Source: a virus
Taxonomy: Duplodnaviria > Caudoviricetes
Virus record (IMG/VR): IMGVR_UViG_3300037067_006927
Location: 26,121 to 90,120 of that record
Length of the DNA: 64,000 nt
Reading direction: 5' to 3' (one strand)
Positions 17,431 through 27,340 of this stretch are shown here, piece after piece (position 1 is the first letter of the stretch; every line of letters starts with the position of its first letter). The translations under genes and the position numbers were made by a program. A model generated the notes under the pieces. The model did no database searches, had not been told where the DNA came from, and was given only the letters and a program-made list of their open reading frames with translations.

Positions 17431-17955
17431 ATGGCCAGGGGCAAGAAGCGGACACGCAAGGAGCACGGACCACAGTTCCGCGCTGCTGCCGTTGCCGAGG
17501 CACTGGCCGGAAACTCGCTGGATGTAGCTCGGTCACGAGGGGTCAGCGACAGGACACTGCGGCGCTGGATCGTCGAGTCGAAGACCAGCCCGGAGATGGC
17601 CGAAGACGTCCAGAGAAAGTCCGCGGCCATTGAGGCTGACTGGGCAGAGGACGCCAAGCGGGTAGCGCGCAAGATTCTGGGTGCTCTGGAGACGCTGATT
17701 GAGCAGGCGGTCGCAGAGTGCAAGGGCGGCGCCATTCCGGACAAGCGGATCTACGAGGTGGCCGGGGCGCTGAAGATCGTGGGCGAGCTTGGGATCACCA
17801 AGCAGGTGATGCCGGCTGCTGCCCCGGTAGTGCAGCCGAAGGTCGAGAGTCATGGGGAGCAGTCTGGAACTGATCGGCAAGGTCCGTCGGCTCCAGAAGC
17901 TGGCGGCGGATCCGTCGTCCCTATCCGCGGCGTCCGGCGTGCAGCCGCCGAGTGA
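17431..17955 (+). CDS. terminase small subunit (N-terminal HTH)
   Basis: FRAAAVAEALAGNSLDVARSRGVSDRTLRRW HTH plus helical body; immediately upstream of and overlapping TerL. Confidence 0.7.
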   Translation: MARGKKRTRKEHGPQFRAAAVAEALAGNSLDVARSRGVSDRTLRRWIVESKTSPEMAEDVQRKSAAIEADWAEDAKRVARKILGALETLIEQAVAECKGGAIPDKRIYEVAGALKIVGELGITKQVMPAAAPVVQPKVESHGEQSGTDRQGPSAPEAGGGSVVPIRGVRRAAAE

Positions 17956-19759
17956 CATCGACTGGATCAGATACCGCAAGTCTTTCGTCGAGTGGGCCGA
18001 GGGGCCCGTGGGCGTGGAGCTCACGGTTGCCCAGCGGACGATCGCGCTGGTTGCGTTCGATGGGTTCGACCCGGTAGAGCTGGACGACGAGCACCTGGCG
18101 ATGGCCCGCCGGCTATTTGGGCCGGTAGACCAGATCCCGGATTCCGCGCGGCGGGTACTCGCTGCGGTGTGCGGCGCCCGCGGTGGCAAGAGCGCGATCC
18201 TGTCGGCGCTCTACTCCCTGTGGCGAATGCTCACGGCGGACCTATCGTCGGTGGCACCCGGGGAGGTGGCATTCGCGGTAGTCGTGGCCCCGGACAAGGA
18301 CACGGCGAAGCAAGTCAGGAACTTCGTTGCCGGTCGGTGCGAGCATCCCGGCATCAAGTCGCTGATTGTTGGCGACCCCTCCGAGTCGATTCAACTGCGG
18401 CGCCCCGACGGGCATCTGGTGGAGTTCGCGGTTCGCGCCGCATCTCGAGGTGGCTCGGCAACCCGAGGCCGAACCTATGTCTCAGCGGTGCTCGATGAGG
18501 CCGCGTTCTTTCGTGACGCAGCGAGCGGAGTCGTCAACGACCAGGAGGTCTTCGATTCCGTCAATGCGCGCGTGCTGCCTGGCGGGCTCGTAATCGTCGC
18601 TTCGACGCCGTATGTCGAGGCGGGATTGCTGTTCAAGTTCTGGTCAGAGAACTTCGGAAATCCGAGTACGGCGCTGGTCGCCCATGCCCCGACGCTGCTG
18701 ATGCGCGAGGGCGGCCCCGAGTACGAGACGATCGAGGCGCAGGTCCGCGTTGCAACGGCGGTCGATGGCGAGAACGCCAGGCGCGAGTACGGCGCGGAGT
18801 TCATCTCGGTCGGTGGCGGCTTCTACTTCTCGAGCGAGCTGATCTCGAGATCCGTCAAGGACATCGCTCCAATTGTCGCTCGCCCAAACTTGGCAGCGAT
18901 TCGCGTCGGGTGCGGTGGCGACCTGGGGCTAGTCCGCGACTCTGCGGCGCTCGTCATTGTGCACGAGGTGGACGGAAAGATCACGGTTGCGGAGATCGTG
19001 GAGCGGCGCCCGGCAAAGGGCTCGCCACTGAGGCTCTCGCAAGTAGTGGCAGACTTCGCCGAGGCAATGGGCCGGCACCGAGTCAAGACGGCGCGCGTTG
19101 ACCATCACGCAATCGAGCCGGCGCGGGAACATGCGGCAGAGCACTCGATCAATCTCGAGCCCGCGCCCGGTGGAAACACTGGCAACGAAGAGACGTTCAC
19201 CGTCGCGCGCGAGGCGCTTCATTCCGGTGTCGTATCGATTCCGCGCGAGTACCAACTCGTCGCCGACCAACTCCGGGAGATCATAGCCGAGCCGCTGCCC
19301 GGTGGCGGCGTTTCATTCGTGAGCCCTCGCAAGGGTGGGCGCCACGGAGACGTGGCAAGAGCGCTGATCCTGGCACTCTGGGATCTGGAACAGGGGCAGA
19401 TCGACATCACCCCATCGATCGACGTCAACCGCCGACTCTCCGCCAACAAGGCGATGCAGTCGCGGTGGGGCGCCGGTGCCATGACGCCGCGGTTCATGGG
19501 CGGCGGGCTGGGCATGTTCAGCTCGATGCCGCAGAGCAGTCTGCCACGTCACGTTGCGCCTGTCAGTACGCCACCCGCGCCGACTACGATACAAGAGCCA
19601 CCGCTCTCTGTTGGTGCCGGCGCCTATCGCGTGGTCGGCCCCGGTTCGATCTCCCGCACGGTCAATCGGCAGCGGGTCCTGGTGCCCGCTGGTGCCGTTC
19701 TCAATCTCACGGCCGACGAGGCGCGCAGCTACGGTGCCGCCGTCACGCCGATCCAATAA
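17852..19759 (+). CDS. terL: terminase large subunit with an extra C-terminal domain
   Basis: Walker A GARGGKS, VVAP, Walker B AVLDEAAF, ASTP coupling motif, RNase H-like GGDLG..RDSA and HGDVARA. Confidence 0.92.
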   Translation: MGSSLELIGKVRRLQKLAADPSSLSAASGVQPPSDIDWIRYRKSFVEWAEGPVGVELTVAQRTIALVAFDGFDPVELDDEHLAMARRLFGPVDQIPDSARRVLAAVCGARGGKSAILSALYSLWRMLTADLSSVAPGEVAFAVVVAPDKDTAKQVRNFVAGRCEHPGIKSLIVGDPSESIQLRRPDGHLVEFAVRAASRGGSATRGRTYVSAVLDEAAFFRDAASGVVNDQEVFDSVNARVLPGGLVIVASTPYVEAGLLFKFWSENFGNPSTALVAHAPTLLMREGGPEYETIEAQVRVATAVDGENARREYGAEFISVGGGFYFSSELISRSVKDIAPIVARPNLAAIRVGCGGDLGLVRDSAALVIVHEVDGKITVAEIVERRPAKGSPLRLSQVVADFAEAMGRHRVKTARVDHHAIEPAREHAAEHSINLEPAPGGNTGNEETFTVAREALHSGVVSIPREYQLVADQLREIIAEPLPGGGVSFVSPRKGGRHGDVARALILALWDLEQGQIDITPSIDVNRRLSANKAMQSRWGAGAMTPRFMGGGLGMFSSMPQSSLPRHVAPVSTPPAPTTIQEPPLSVGAGAYRVVGPGSISRTVNRQRVLVPAGAVLNLTADEARSYGAAVTPIQ

Positions 19760-19837
19760 CTCACCAGGTCCGGCTGACTCCGTGACATGCAACACCTGTC
19801 CCGCGCCCGGCGCGGCTAACAAGAGAAGGTAACGACC

Positions 19838-20506
19838 ATGAGCACTGGTGCCATCAGACACGGTGACAGAACCGCCCGCGAAGTCTCGCTCCGTGACGGA
19901 GGCGAATGCGCCACTACGGCAGCCGTCCAGGCCATCGGCCCGGCAGAGCGCGCGCACGGAATGAAGGTCATGAAGATGGATACGCAGATGCTATGGGTCT
20001 ACGACTCAGCGTCTGCGGCGGGAGCCGGCCCCAGCGTGATCGTGCCCACGGACGCTCCGGCAACGGGGCGCTGGCTGATCCACGCGACCGGCACCGGGCT
20101 TGCGGTGGGCAGCGTTCAGGCGACCCACCTGGACGGAGAGGTTGCTCTCGTCGGCGGAGTTGGTCTGTCCAGCGTCCCTCTCGTCATCTATGCGCCGGTT
20201 ACGGCAGGCATCACTGGCGCCGCGGATGACGTCATCATCACCACGAGCGTTCCACTGGCGTGCCGGATCGTGGACGTCAAGGCGATCGTCACCACGGTCG
20301 GCGCGGGCGACACCTGGATTCTTCGCGATGCGGCAGCGGGTGGCGGAAACTTGCTGTCCAATGCGATCTCGGTCGCTGTCGCTGGCGTCATTCCCTGGGG
20401 CGTCACGACGCTTCCCGCGGATCTCGTGGCTGCGTCGGACATCTATCTCCGGCGCACCGACGACACGACCGACGGCTTCATCGTGATCACCCTGCTCCCG
20501 GCCTGA
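19838..20506 (+). CDS. virion accessory (fibre/decoration-like) protein
   Basis: WVYDSASAAGAG.SVIVPTD..ATGRW motif typical of spike/fibre N-termini; beta-rich Ala/Thr/Val C-terminal half. Confidence 0.55.
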   Translation: MSTGAIRHGDRTAREVSLRDGGECATTAAVQAIGPAERAHGMKVMKMDTQMLWVYDSASAAGAGPSVIVPTDAPATGRWLIHATGTGLAVGSVQATHLDGEVALVGGVGLSSVPLVIYAPVTAGITGAADDVIITTSVPLACRIVDVKAIVTTVGAGDTWILRDAAAGGGNLLSNAISVAVAGVIPWGVTTLPADLVAASDIYLRRTDDTTDGFIVITLLPA

Positions 20507-20521
20507 GCCTAACCAGCGGCA

Positions 20522-20555
20522 CGGGCGCTCCGTTTTCTCCTTTCCGGAGCGCCCG
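20522..20555 (+). terminator. 11-bp GC hairpin (terminator or processing site)
   Basis: CGGGCGCTCCG 20522-20532 pairs with CGGAGCGCCCG 20545-20555; no clear U-tract. Confidence 0.45.
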
Positions 20556-20585
20556 CCGCACCTACTCACCACCCGAGGCTGACCG

Positions 20586-21200
20586 ATGCAAGGGCACTCT
20601 ACTGCGCTGGCGTCTCAGCGCTCGACCACCTTCCTGACGGCGGCGTCGCTCGCTGACGCGGACGCCTTCAAGACGCTGATCGCGACCGACCCAGCAGCGG
20701 CGCACACCTACTCGGCCGCAGATCTGAACGGCGCTCTGGCGAACCCGGGGCCCGTCACCGATCTCAAAATGCTGGTACCGCGCTTTCCGACGGTGACCAC
20801 GACTGCTGACGCGGCGACGTACAACACGACGGACCCGATCGTGTTCACGGGAACGCGCGGCGGACTGGCGGCGACGGTGTCGATCACGCTCACCCAGGCA
20901 GGCGGAGGCGAGACGCTGATCGGTGCCACTCCGCTCGACACGCTGACGTCGATTCACGTTCCGATCCAGCTCCAGAACATCGGTGAGTTCACCTTCGGCT
21001 TCAGCGGCGTCGCTGCTCGCAAGCGTAACGGAATGACGCAGCGGATGCCCTTCGAGGCGTTCGCCGATGGGATCGTGAAAGTCGGGTACGAGGACGGCAC
21101 TACCAACAGCCTGACGCTCGTGGCGCACGACGTTTCGCCAGCGAGCCCCTACCGCATCTATGCGGATACCACTGCCGTCGGCGTCATCGTCTACGACTGA
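20586..21200 (+). CDS. virion accessory protein sharing a domain with the tail-sheath insertion
   Basis: residues 24-138 align by eye with sheath residues 203-319. Confidence 0.65.
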   Translation: MQGHSTALASQRSTTFLTAASLADADAFKTLIATDPAAAHTYSAADLNGALANPGPVTDLKMLVPRFPTVTTTADAATYNTTDPIVFTGTRGGLAATVSITLTQAGGGETLIGATPLDTLTSIHVPIQLQNIGEFTFGFSGVAARKRNGMTQRMPFEAFADGIVKVGYEDGTTNSLTLVAHDVSPASPYRIYADTTAVGVIVYD

Positions 21201-21227
21201 TCGCGGTCCAGGAAGACTGGCCACAAC

Positions 21228-22649
21228 ATGGCGGAGGAAACGAAGGGGGCGTCTGCCGCCAAGCCCGTGAGCAAGATTGCGAGCATTGCCGGACAGGCGT
21301 ACCGCGCAATCTCCGCATACGCGCGCGTGCTGAGCAAGACGCTGCTCCCCGAGATCCCGCTCTGGTCGCAGTTCAGTCGCATCGGCGGTGGCATCGGCCC
21401 ATCGGAGGTGTCGTCGATCCTGCGGGAGGCGGACACCGGTAGGCCAGCGCGGCTCGTCGATCTCGTTCACGAATGCCGCCAGAAGGACGGCCACCTACAG
21501 GCCACACTCGGCGTTCGCGAACTCGCGGTAGCCGGGCTCAAGTGGGGCATCGAGCCTCCGCCGGAAGCTGACGAAACCGAGAAGCGCTGCGCCGCACAGT
21601 GCGAAGCGGCTGTCCGCGCGAGCTCTGGATTCCACGTCCTGCTCGCTCACTTGACCGGAGAGGGATGCCTATTCCCGACGGGCGCCTGGGCGGAGATCGT
21701 GTGGGGAGTATCGACCGAGCGCGACTCGCTCGGGCTCGAGGTTCCGCTCTACACGAAGCCAATCAGTTGCCGACGATTCGGCTTCAAGCGCAGCGACGGG
21801 AAACTAGTATTCGTCGAGTACGGCAAGGACCCGGAGACGAGCGGCGTTGACCTGCTCGAGGAGTACGGACCCGGCAACTTCATCGTTCGACGCCCGCGCG
21901 TGAATGGCGACGTACCGGCGCGCGAGGGCCTGGCGTGTGTCATCACGTGGGATGCGGTCTTCCGCAACTGGGGTGTACGTGACTGGCTCGCCTGCGGTGA
22001 GATGAGTTGGCGTCCGTGGAGGATCGCCAGCTACGCGAAGGAGATCGAGAGCGAGAGCCGGACGGCGGCTGAAGAGGCGCTCGCGAATCTCACGGCGACG
22101 GGTTCAGCACTGCTGCCAAACACCGTCGAGATGAAAGTTGAGTGGCCCAAGGCGACCGGTTCCGGGACGCAGGGAGTCCACCGCGAACTGTGCGAGTTCT
22201 TCGGGCAGGAGATCAGCAAGGCAGTCCTCGGCCAGACGCTGACGACCGAGGCCGGCAGTCGGGGCGCTCGCTCACTCGGTCAGGTGCACGATGCGATCCG
22301 CCGTGACGTTCGCGAGGACGACGCTGTCGATGTGGCTGCGGCTCTCGACCAATACATGATCACTCCGTTCTATCAGTTCAACTGGGGCGAGGGAGTCCGC
22401 CGCGGGCACTTCGTCTTCTACACCGAGGACGGCGTCGACATGACGACGCTGGCCGACGTGATCCAGAAGATCGCTCCGTTCGTCGATATCCCCCAGGCGT
22501 GGGTCCGCAACGAACTCGGGGCGCCGGAACCGAAAGATGGAGAACCGATCTGCCAAGAGCGGGCAACCGCAGGCACCGATCCGTCCGGAGGTGGAGACAC
22601 CGACACCGACGAATCGGAAGACGACGACGAGCAAGACGACGCGGCGTGA
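21228..22649 (+). CDS. portal protein, DUF935 (Mu gp29-like) family
   Basis: KDGHLQATLGVRELAV..LKW.IEP, RDWL, EISKAVLGQTLTTE, RSLGQVHDAIR.D. Confidence 0.9.
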   Translation: MAEETKGASAAKPVSKIASIAGQAYRAISAYARVLSKTLLPEIPLWSQFSRIGGGIGPSEVSSILREADTGRPARLVDLVHECRQKDGHLQATLGVRELAVAGLKWGIEPPPEADETEKRCAAQCEAAVRASSGFHVLLAHLTGEGCLFPTGAWAEIVWGVSTERDSLGLEVPLYTKPISCRRFGFKRSDGKLVFVEYGKDPETSGVDLLEEYGPGNFIVRRPRVNGDVPAREGLACVITWDAVFRNWGVRDWLACGEMSWRPWRIASYAKEIESESRTAAEEALANLTATGSALLPNTVEMKVEWPKATGSGTQGVHRELCEFFGQEISKAVLGQTLTTEAGSRGARSLGQVHDAIRRDVREDDAVDVAAALDQYMITPFYQFNWGEGVRRGHFVFYTEDGVDMTTLADVIQKIAPFVDIPQAWVRNELGAPEPKDGEPICQERATAGTDPSGGGDTDTDESEDDDEQDDAA

Positions 22650-22718
22650 GTGGGAGCGCGACAAGCGCTTCTCACGCCCCGGATACACGGACCGCCTCGC
22701 GCGGGCAGGGGTGACGAG

Positions 22719-23063
22719 ATGAAGGAAAACGTTTCGGTGGACGAAGTGATCGAGCTGTTGAACGAGTCCTTCCGTCTGGATCCGGAGTGGGCGCACAACT
22801 TCGTCGAGACGCGCACGAAGTGCAACGACGCGGTGGCCGATCACCAGACGATCCAGTCCGGCACTCGTGATGGCATCAAGCACGTGGGGCCGCTGGGGTT
22901 CTTGAACGGACTGTTTGGCGTGGACGATCGTGGGTATGGTCCGATTGCCGCCAGTTACGACGACAAATCGTCGGTCGCGAGCGTGCGCCCGGTGACGGCG
23001 AGGTTGACCGGATTCTGCCGCACACCAGGCGCACAGCCTGTCGGCAGCGACGCTGACGAATAA
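22719..23063 (+). CDS. hypothetical protein
   Basis: MKENVSVDEVIELLNE... GPLGFLNGLFG; between portal and protease. Confidence 0.6.
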   Translation: MKENVSVDEVIELLNESFRLDPEWAHNFVETRTKCNDAVADHQTIQSGTRDGIKHVGPLGFLNGLFGVDDRGYGPIAASYDDKSSVASVRPVTARLTGFCRTPGAQPVGSDADE

Positions 23064-23091
23064 ACCGCCTAGCGCGGGGACTGGTGAACTC

Positions 23092-24213
23092 ATGACCGAA
23101 AGCGACATGACGCGCGATCTCGCGTGGTCGGACATCTCTGTCCTTTCTGTGGACGAGGAGAAGCGGACCGTCGAGTACACGCTGTCTGACGACTCCGTCG
23201 ATTCCTACGGGGAGATCGTGGAGCAGAAGTGGCGGCTCGACCGGTTCAAGCGAAACCCGGTCGTCCTCTTCTCGCACAATCGCCCCACGGGTGGCGGCAT
23301 GTTCGGCGGCGGATCTCTATCGCAGGAGGAGACGCTGCCGATTGGTCGCATCGTCGGCAAGATCCGAGTCGAGGGCAACAAGGCCGAGGGCAAGAGGCTC
23401 GTCGGTACCGTCGAGTTCGCGCCGGCTGAGCTCAACCCGTTCGCCGACAAGGTGTTTCGGATGGTGGCCTCCGGCTACATGAAGGGCGGCTCCGTCGGCT
23501 TCTACCCGCACGACGTGCGCAAGGAGAAGCGCGGCGAAACCGAGCATCACGTCCTTTCGGACAACGAGCTTTTCGAGTTCTCGATCACGCCGTTGCCGGC
23601 GAACGCAAACGCGGTGGCGAACTCGCTGGAGAGCCGTGAAGCGCGGCGCGCCTATCTCGAGCGTCGTTGCGGCGAACACACCCAACCGGCCCCGGACGGC
23701 CAGGAGATCACCATGAATGAAGAGCAGTTCAGGGCCAAGCTCGCCGAGCTCGAGGCCGTCAACGTCAAGGCCGCGGCTGATACCGCCGCTGCAACCGAAC
23801 TGGCGCAGGCCGCGGAAACGAAGGCTGCCGAGCTCACCGCTGGGCTCGAGACTGCCCGCGCCGAACTCGCCACGAAGACCGCCGAGATCGTGACTCTCAC
23901 CGAGAGCAACGCGACCCTGACGACCGAGCGAGACGCGCTGCGCACCGAGCGAGACTCCATCGAGTCGGACCTCGTCGAACTCGAGGTGTCCGGGCTCGTG
24001 GGAGTGAAGTTCCACGCCGCCGAACTCGACGACATGCGCGAGGACCGCAAGCGTCTCGGCAAGGCCGCATTCTCTGCCCGCATGGCGAAGCGCGCCGACC
24101 TCAAGACGGCGAGTCCGAAGCTTCCCGCCGACATCACTCCTCCCGCCATGCACTCGGAGCCCGGAATCCTGGGCGACGAAACGCAGAAGCACATCGACTC
24201 CAAGACGGCCTGA
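23092..24213 (+). CDS. HK97-type prohead maturation protease fused to a coiled-coil scaffold
   Basis: DSYGEIV, NPVVLFSHN, PIG, GGSVGF, ELFEFSITPLPAN; C-terminal Ala/Glu/Thr heptads. Confidence 0.9.
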   Translation: MTESDMTRDLAWSDISVLSVDEEKRTVEYTLSDDSVDSYGEIVEQKWRLDRFKRNPVVLFSHNRPTGGGMFGGGSLSQEETLPIGRIVGKIRVEGNKAEGKRLVGTVEFAPAELNPFADKVFRMVASGYMKGGSVGFYPHDVRKEKRGETEHHVLSDNELFEFSITPLPANANAVANSLESREARRAYLERRCGEHTQPAPDGQEITMNEEQFRAKLAELEAVNVKAAADTAAATELAQAAETKAAELTAGLETARAELATKTAEIVTLTESNATLTTERDALRTERDSIESDLVELEVSGLVGVKFHAAELDDMREDRKRLGKAAFSARMAKRADLKTASPKLPADITPPAMHSEPGILGDETQKHIDSKTA

Positions 24214-24249
24214 AGGCCCCAACCAATCTCTCACTAGGAGAAAAACGCA

Positions 24250-24681
24250 ATGGCACTTCCCAATGGGGCCGGCATCCCGAGCTCTTTCCTCCGCACGTAC
24301 CGCGTTCTCGCGGCCAACACCGTCCGCCAGGGCATGTCCGTCGTGTTCTCCGGCACCGACGTCGTCGAGGCCGCGACCGACGATCAGTCGATCATCGGCA
24401 TCGCCTATGGTGCGCCCGCCGGAACGTGGCCCGTCGCCGCGCTCGGCCAGGTCGAGGTGGTGCTGCTCGGCTCGCCCTGCGCGTGCCTCGTCCGCTCGAC
24501 TGCCGCTGGCCTCACCGCCGGTGGATACTGCTGCCCGGGTGCGGCTGGTGCGGTCGACGTCGTGATCGGCGGCGCCGTCCTCTGCAACGTGATCGGCCAA
24601 GTGCTCCAGACCGCCACCGCGGCTGGCGAGCTCGTCGAGGTCAACCTCGGTTCTGGCGGACCGACCGTCACCGCTGCGTAA
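24250..24681 (+). CDS. capsid cement/decoration protein (DUF2190-like)
   Basis: small Gly/Ala/Val beta protein between protease and MCP; IGQVLQTATAAGELVEV. Confidence 0.75.
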   Translation: MALPNGAGIPSSFLRTYRVLAANTVRQGMSVVFSGTDVVEAATDDQSIIGIAYGAPAGTWPVAALGQVEVVLLGSPCACLVRSTAAGLTAGGYCCPGAAGAVDVVIGGAVLCNVIGQVLQTATAAGELVEVNLGSGGPTVTAA

Positions 24682-24723
24682 CCCGCGGCCAACCAACTAC
24701 CCCTCACGAAGGAACCAGACAAG

Positions 24724-25872
24724 ATGTCTACCAACATCCACGAACACGTCGCCCGTAGCGATAAGGGCATCGCCTCCGAGAAGCAGCTCAACGAGCTGAT
24801 CCGGACGCTGACCAATCCACCGAACGAGGCGGTCGCCAAGGACGTCGAGGCGATGAACGAGCGGATCCGCTTCCGGATTCGGCGCGCCACTGGTGGGCTT
24901 CAGGTCACGCCCGAGACGGCGATGGAACTGATCGCTCGTGAGTTGACCGTCGGCGACGTGCAGACGACGCCGGTGCTCCAGAACTTCTCGCAGATGTACG
25001 CGAATGACGAGTACATTGGCACGCGCATCATGCCGGTGGTTCCCGTTCCGCTCGGCACCGGATCCGCGTCGTACTGGACCCACGACCAGGCGAACGCCTT
25101 CACGGCTCCCGATGACTCGATCGCCACCGGTGGCACCGTCAACGAGGTGACCGAGGGGCTGACTCCAACCAGCGTAACGCTGCTCCCGCGCGCGTTGCAG
25201 GAGCGCCTCGACGTGAGGGTCAAGGCGGCCATGGACGCGCCGGTGGCACAGATGGTCACCCCGCTGCTCACCGTGCTGGACGGGCTCTTGCTGAACCAAG
25301 AGGTCCGGATCGCGGCCATCGCTGGCGTGGCTGGCAGCTACGGCGCCAACACCGCTCCGATCGCGGCACTGGATCGGTGGAGCACCGCGGCTGGTGGCGA
25401 TCCCGGTGGCGACATCGATACCGCCAAGGCGGCTCTGTTCGGTGGCAGTTCTCCGTCGCTGACGGTCGGCTTCTGCTCGCTCGCCGTCTACAACGTGTTG
25501 CGCCGGAATCCGGTCATCCTCGACCACTTCAAGTACACGGGTCGCGACGTGCTCGGGCGCCGGCAACTGGCCGACTACCTCGAGCTCGACGAACTGCTCG
25601 TGGGCGCTGCGCGGCGTAACACCGCGCTCCCCGGCGTGGCAGCCGTCTACGCCAGAATCTGGCCGGACGTCTTCGGCGTCGTGCGAGTTCCTCGGATGCC
25701 AGCCGTCAAGGTCGCGACGTTCGGGATCACGCTCGAAGAGCCGAAGAGCGAGATGGAATGGTTCGAGGCTGCCGAAGGCGGATGGGGCGCGTTCCACAGC
25801 AAGGTCGCGTTCGCTGATGCCAGCGTGGTGGTCAGCAACGCCTGCGGATTCCTCTACACCACCCCGATCTGA
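24724..25872 (+). CDS. major capsid protein (HK97 fold, lambda gpE-like)
   Basis: 382 aa after cement; Y.NDEYIG.RIMPVVPV, LLNQEVRIA, LADYLELDELLVG. Confidence 0.85.
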   Translation: MSTNIHEHVARSDKGIASEKQLNELIRTLTNPPNEAVAKDVEAMNERIRFRIRRATGGLQVTPETAMELIARELTVGDVQTTPVLQNFSQMYANDEYIGTRIMPVVPVPLGTGSASYWTHDQANAFTAPDDSIATGGTVNEVTEGLTPTSVTLLPRALQERLDVRVKAAMDAPVAQMVTPLLTVLDGLLLNQEVRIAAIAGVAGSYGANTAPIAALDRWSTAAGGDPGGDIDTAKAALFGGSSPSLTVGFCSLAVYNVLRRNPVILDHFKYTGRDVLGRRQLADYLELDELLVGAARRNTALPGVAAVYARIWPDVFGVVRVPRMPAVKVATFGITLEEPKSEMEWFEAAEGGWGAFHSKVAFADASVVVSNACGFLYTTPI

Positions 25873-25881
25873 GGCTGAACC

Positions 25882-26340
25882 ATGGCGGAGCAGAGCAGTA
25901 AGGGGGACCTCCGAGGGTCCTCCGCCACGAGCACCAAACAACCGGACGCCGGCCAACAGTCGGCGCCCGCAACCAAGACAGGACCAGAGATCTACTACGT
26001 CAGGGGACCTGGCTCGATCTCGCGCAGCATCTCGGCCAACGGGCGCGCACCGATGCGCGTTCTCATCCCAGCTGGCGAACTGGTCGAGCTCACGGAGGAA
26101 GAGGCGGCGGGATACGGAGACGCAGTCGTACTCGGCACTCCTCCTCCTCCACCGACTGCTATTTCAGCGCGCAAGGCTGGACGGTATCGAGTCGCCGGTC
26201 CCGGCAAGGTCAAGCACGGTGGCGGTGTCGGCGCGGACGGGAAGTACGTGCCCGGCGTGTTCCATGTCGCCGGGACGGTCCTGAACCTGACCGAGGAAGA
26301 CGCGCGCTCACTAGGCGCGTCGGTAGTCGAAGCCGTCTGA
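25882..26340 (+). CDS. head-associated protein with two copies of a Y.V.GPG...AG..V.LT.EEA..G domain
   Basis: internal repeat at 25990-26133 and 26182-26337; follows the MCP. Confidence 0.7.
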   Translation: MAEQSSKGDLRGSSATSTKQPDAGQQSAPATKTGPEIYYVRGPGSISRSISANGRAPMRVLIPAGELVELTEEEAAGYGDAVVLGTPPPPPTAISARKAGRYRVAGPGKVKHGGGVGADGKYVPGVFHVAGTVLNLTEEDARSLGASVVEAV

Positions 26341-26358
26341 CGCATTCACGGGTGAGCC

Positions 26359-26829
26359 ATGGCGTGGGAGTTCATCACTCAGGTGCAACTCTCGCGCCGG
26401 ATCTCACCAGACCGTCTGCGGCGCATCTATGACGACAGCCTGGTTGGTACTGCCGACGTCGACGCGGTGACGCAACTTCGGCGAGATGCGTCGAGCAAGG
26501 TGGCCAGCTATCTCGTCGGGATCACCGATCTGAACGCGGTGCAGGCGGCCGCAACTGCTGACGCCGCGCATGAGGTGGTACGACTCACGCTCGACGTTGC
26601 GGTGGCGATGGCCACGCAGCGATTCCCCGAGGTCGTCCAGACGCTCGATTGGGAAGCGCTGATGAAGCAGGCCGACAAGGACCTGAAGATGCTGCGTGAG
26701 TCGTTCACGCAACTCGACACGGAGCTCACGCCGAACCCGCCAGCGAACGTCGGTGGGACCGTCTATCCGGATCCTGATTCAACGACTCGTCCGCACACGT
26801 TCCACCAGGACGGCTTCGGGGACTTCTGA
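26359..26829 (+). CDS. head-tail adaptor (Mu gp36/DUF1320-like)
   Basis: FITQ.QL..RI...L..IYDD, DASSKVASYL, RLTLDVAV, ADKDLKML. Confidence 0.8.
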   Translation: MAWEFITQVQLSRRISPDRLRRIYDDSLVGTADVDAVTQLRRDASSKVASYLVGITDLNAVQAAATADAAHEVVRLTLDVAVAMATQRFPEVVQTLDWEALMKQADKDLKMLRESFTQLDTELTPNPPANVGGTVYPDPDSTTRPHTFHQDGFGDF

Positions 26830-26839
26830 ACGGTTCACC

Positions 26840-27328
26840 ATGCTCGTGCCGCACGTCACGGTCGACCTGACCGGGTTCCGCGAACTCGCCGGGCAGACCC
26901 AGGCGCTGCTCGTGAACCTGTGCCAGGTGGCGGCAGACGCGGGTTCTGAGGCAGGCGCGGCAGAGGCCAAGGGCAAGCCCCAGAGCTGGTTCAAGGACCG
27001 CACAGGGGCCACGCGGCGCAGCATCGTAGCGACGCCATCGACCTGGATCGGGCGCACCGCATGGGGCGACTACCGGGCGACGACTCCGTGGGCCCTCTTC
27101 CTGGAAGAGGGCACGAAGCCGCACCCCATCGATGCGCGTCGGGTGCCGAATCTTATATTCTGGTGGGCGCTCAAGAGCGTTCTATTCATCGGCCCGCACG
27201 TCAACCATCCGGGCAGCTACGCGCGGCGCTTCATGGGCGACCGGATGACCACCTGGTGGAAGGCCGAGCAAGCGGCGCTCAAGGCGGCGGAGCAGGGCGT
27301 CGCGCGGATCGTCAACGTCTGGCACTGA
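26840..27328 (+). CDS. neck/tail-completion protein (HK97 gp10-like)
   Basis: DRTGATRRSI, WALFLEEGTKPH, VNHPG...RRFM. Confidence 0.75.
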   Translation: MLVPHVTVDLTGFRELAGQTQALLVNLCQVAADAGSEAGAAEAKGKPQSWFKDRTGATRRSIVATPSTWIGRTAWGDYRATTPWALFLEEGTKPHPIDARRVPNLIFWWALKSVLFIGPHVNHPGSYARRFMGDRMTTWWKAEQAALKAAEQGVARIVNVWH

Positions 27329-27340
27329 GCACTCCGTTCA

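Noticed and set aside
17431-17955. IS3-family transposase OrfA (HTH resembles HTH_Tnp_1)
   Set aside because: No DDE OrfB, no terminal inverted repeats, and it overlaps terL, so terS is the simpler reading.
8255-19759. Inteins or introns in helicase, RtcB or TerL
   Set aside because: Sizes and motif spacing are normal; no C...HN splice motifs or LAGLIDADG blocks. The TerL extra length is the C-terminal appendage.
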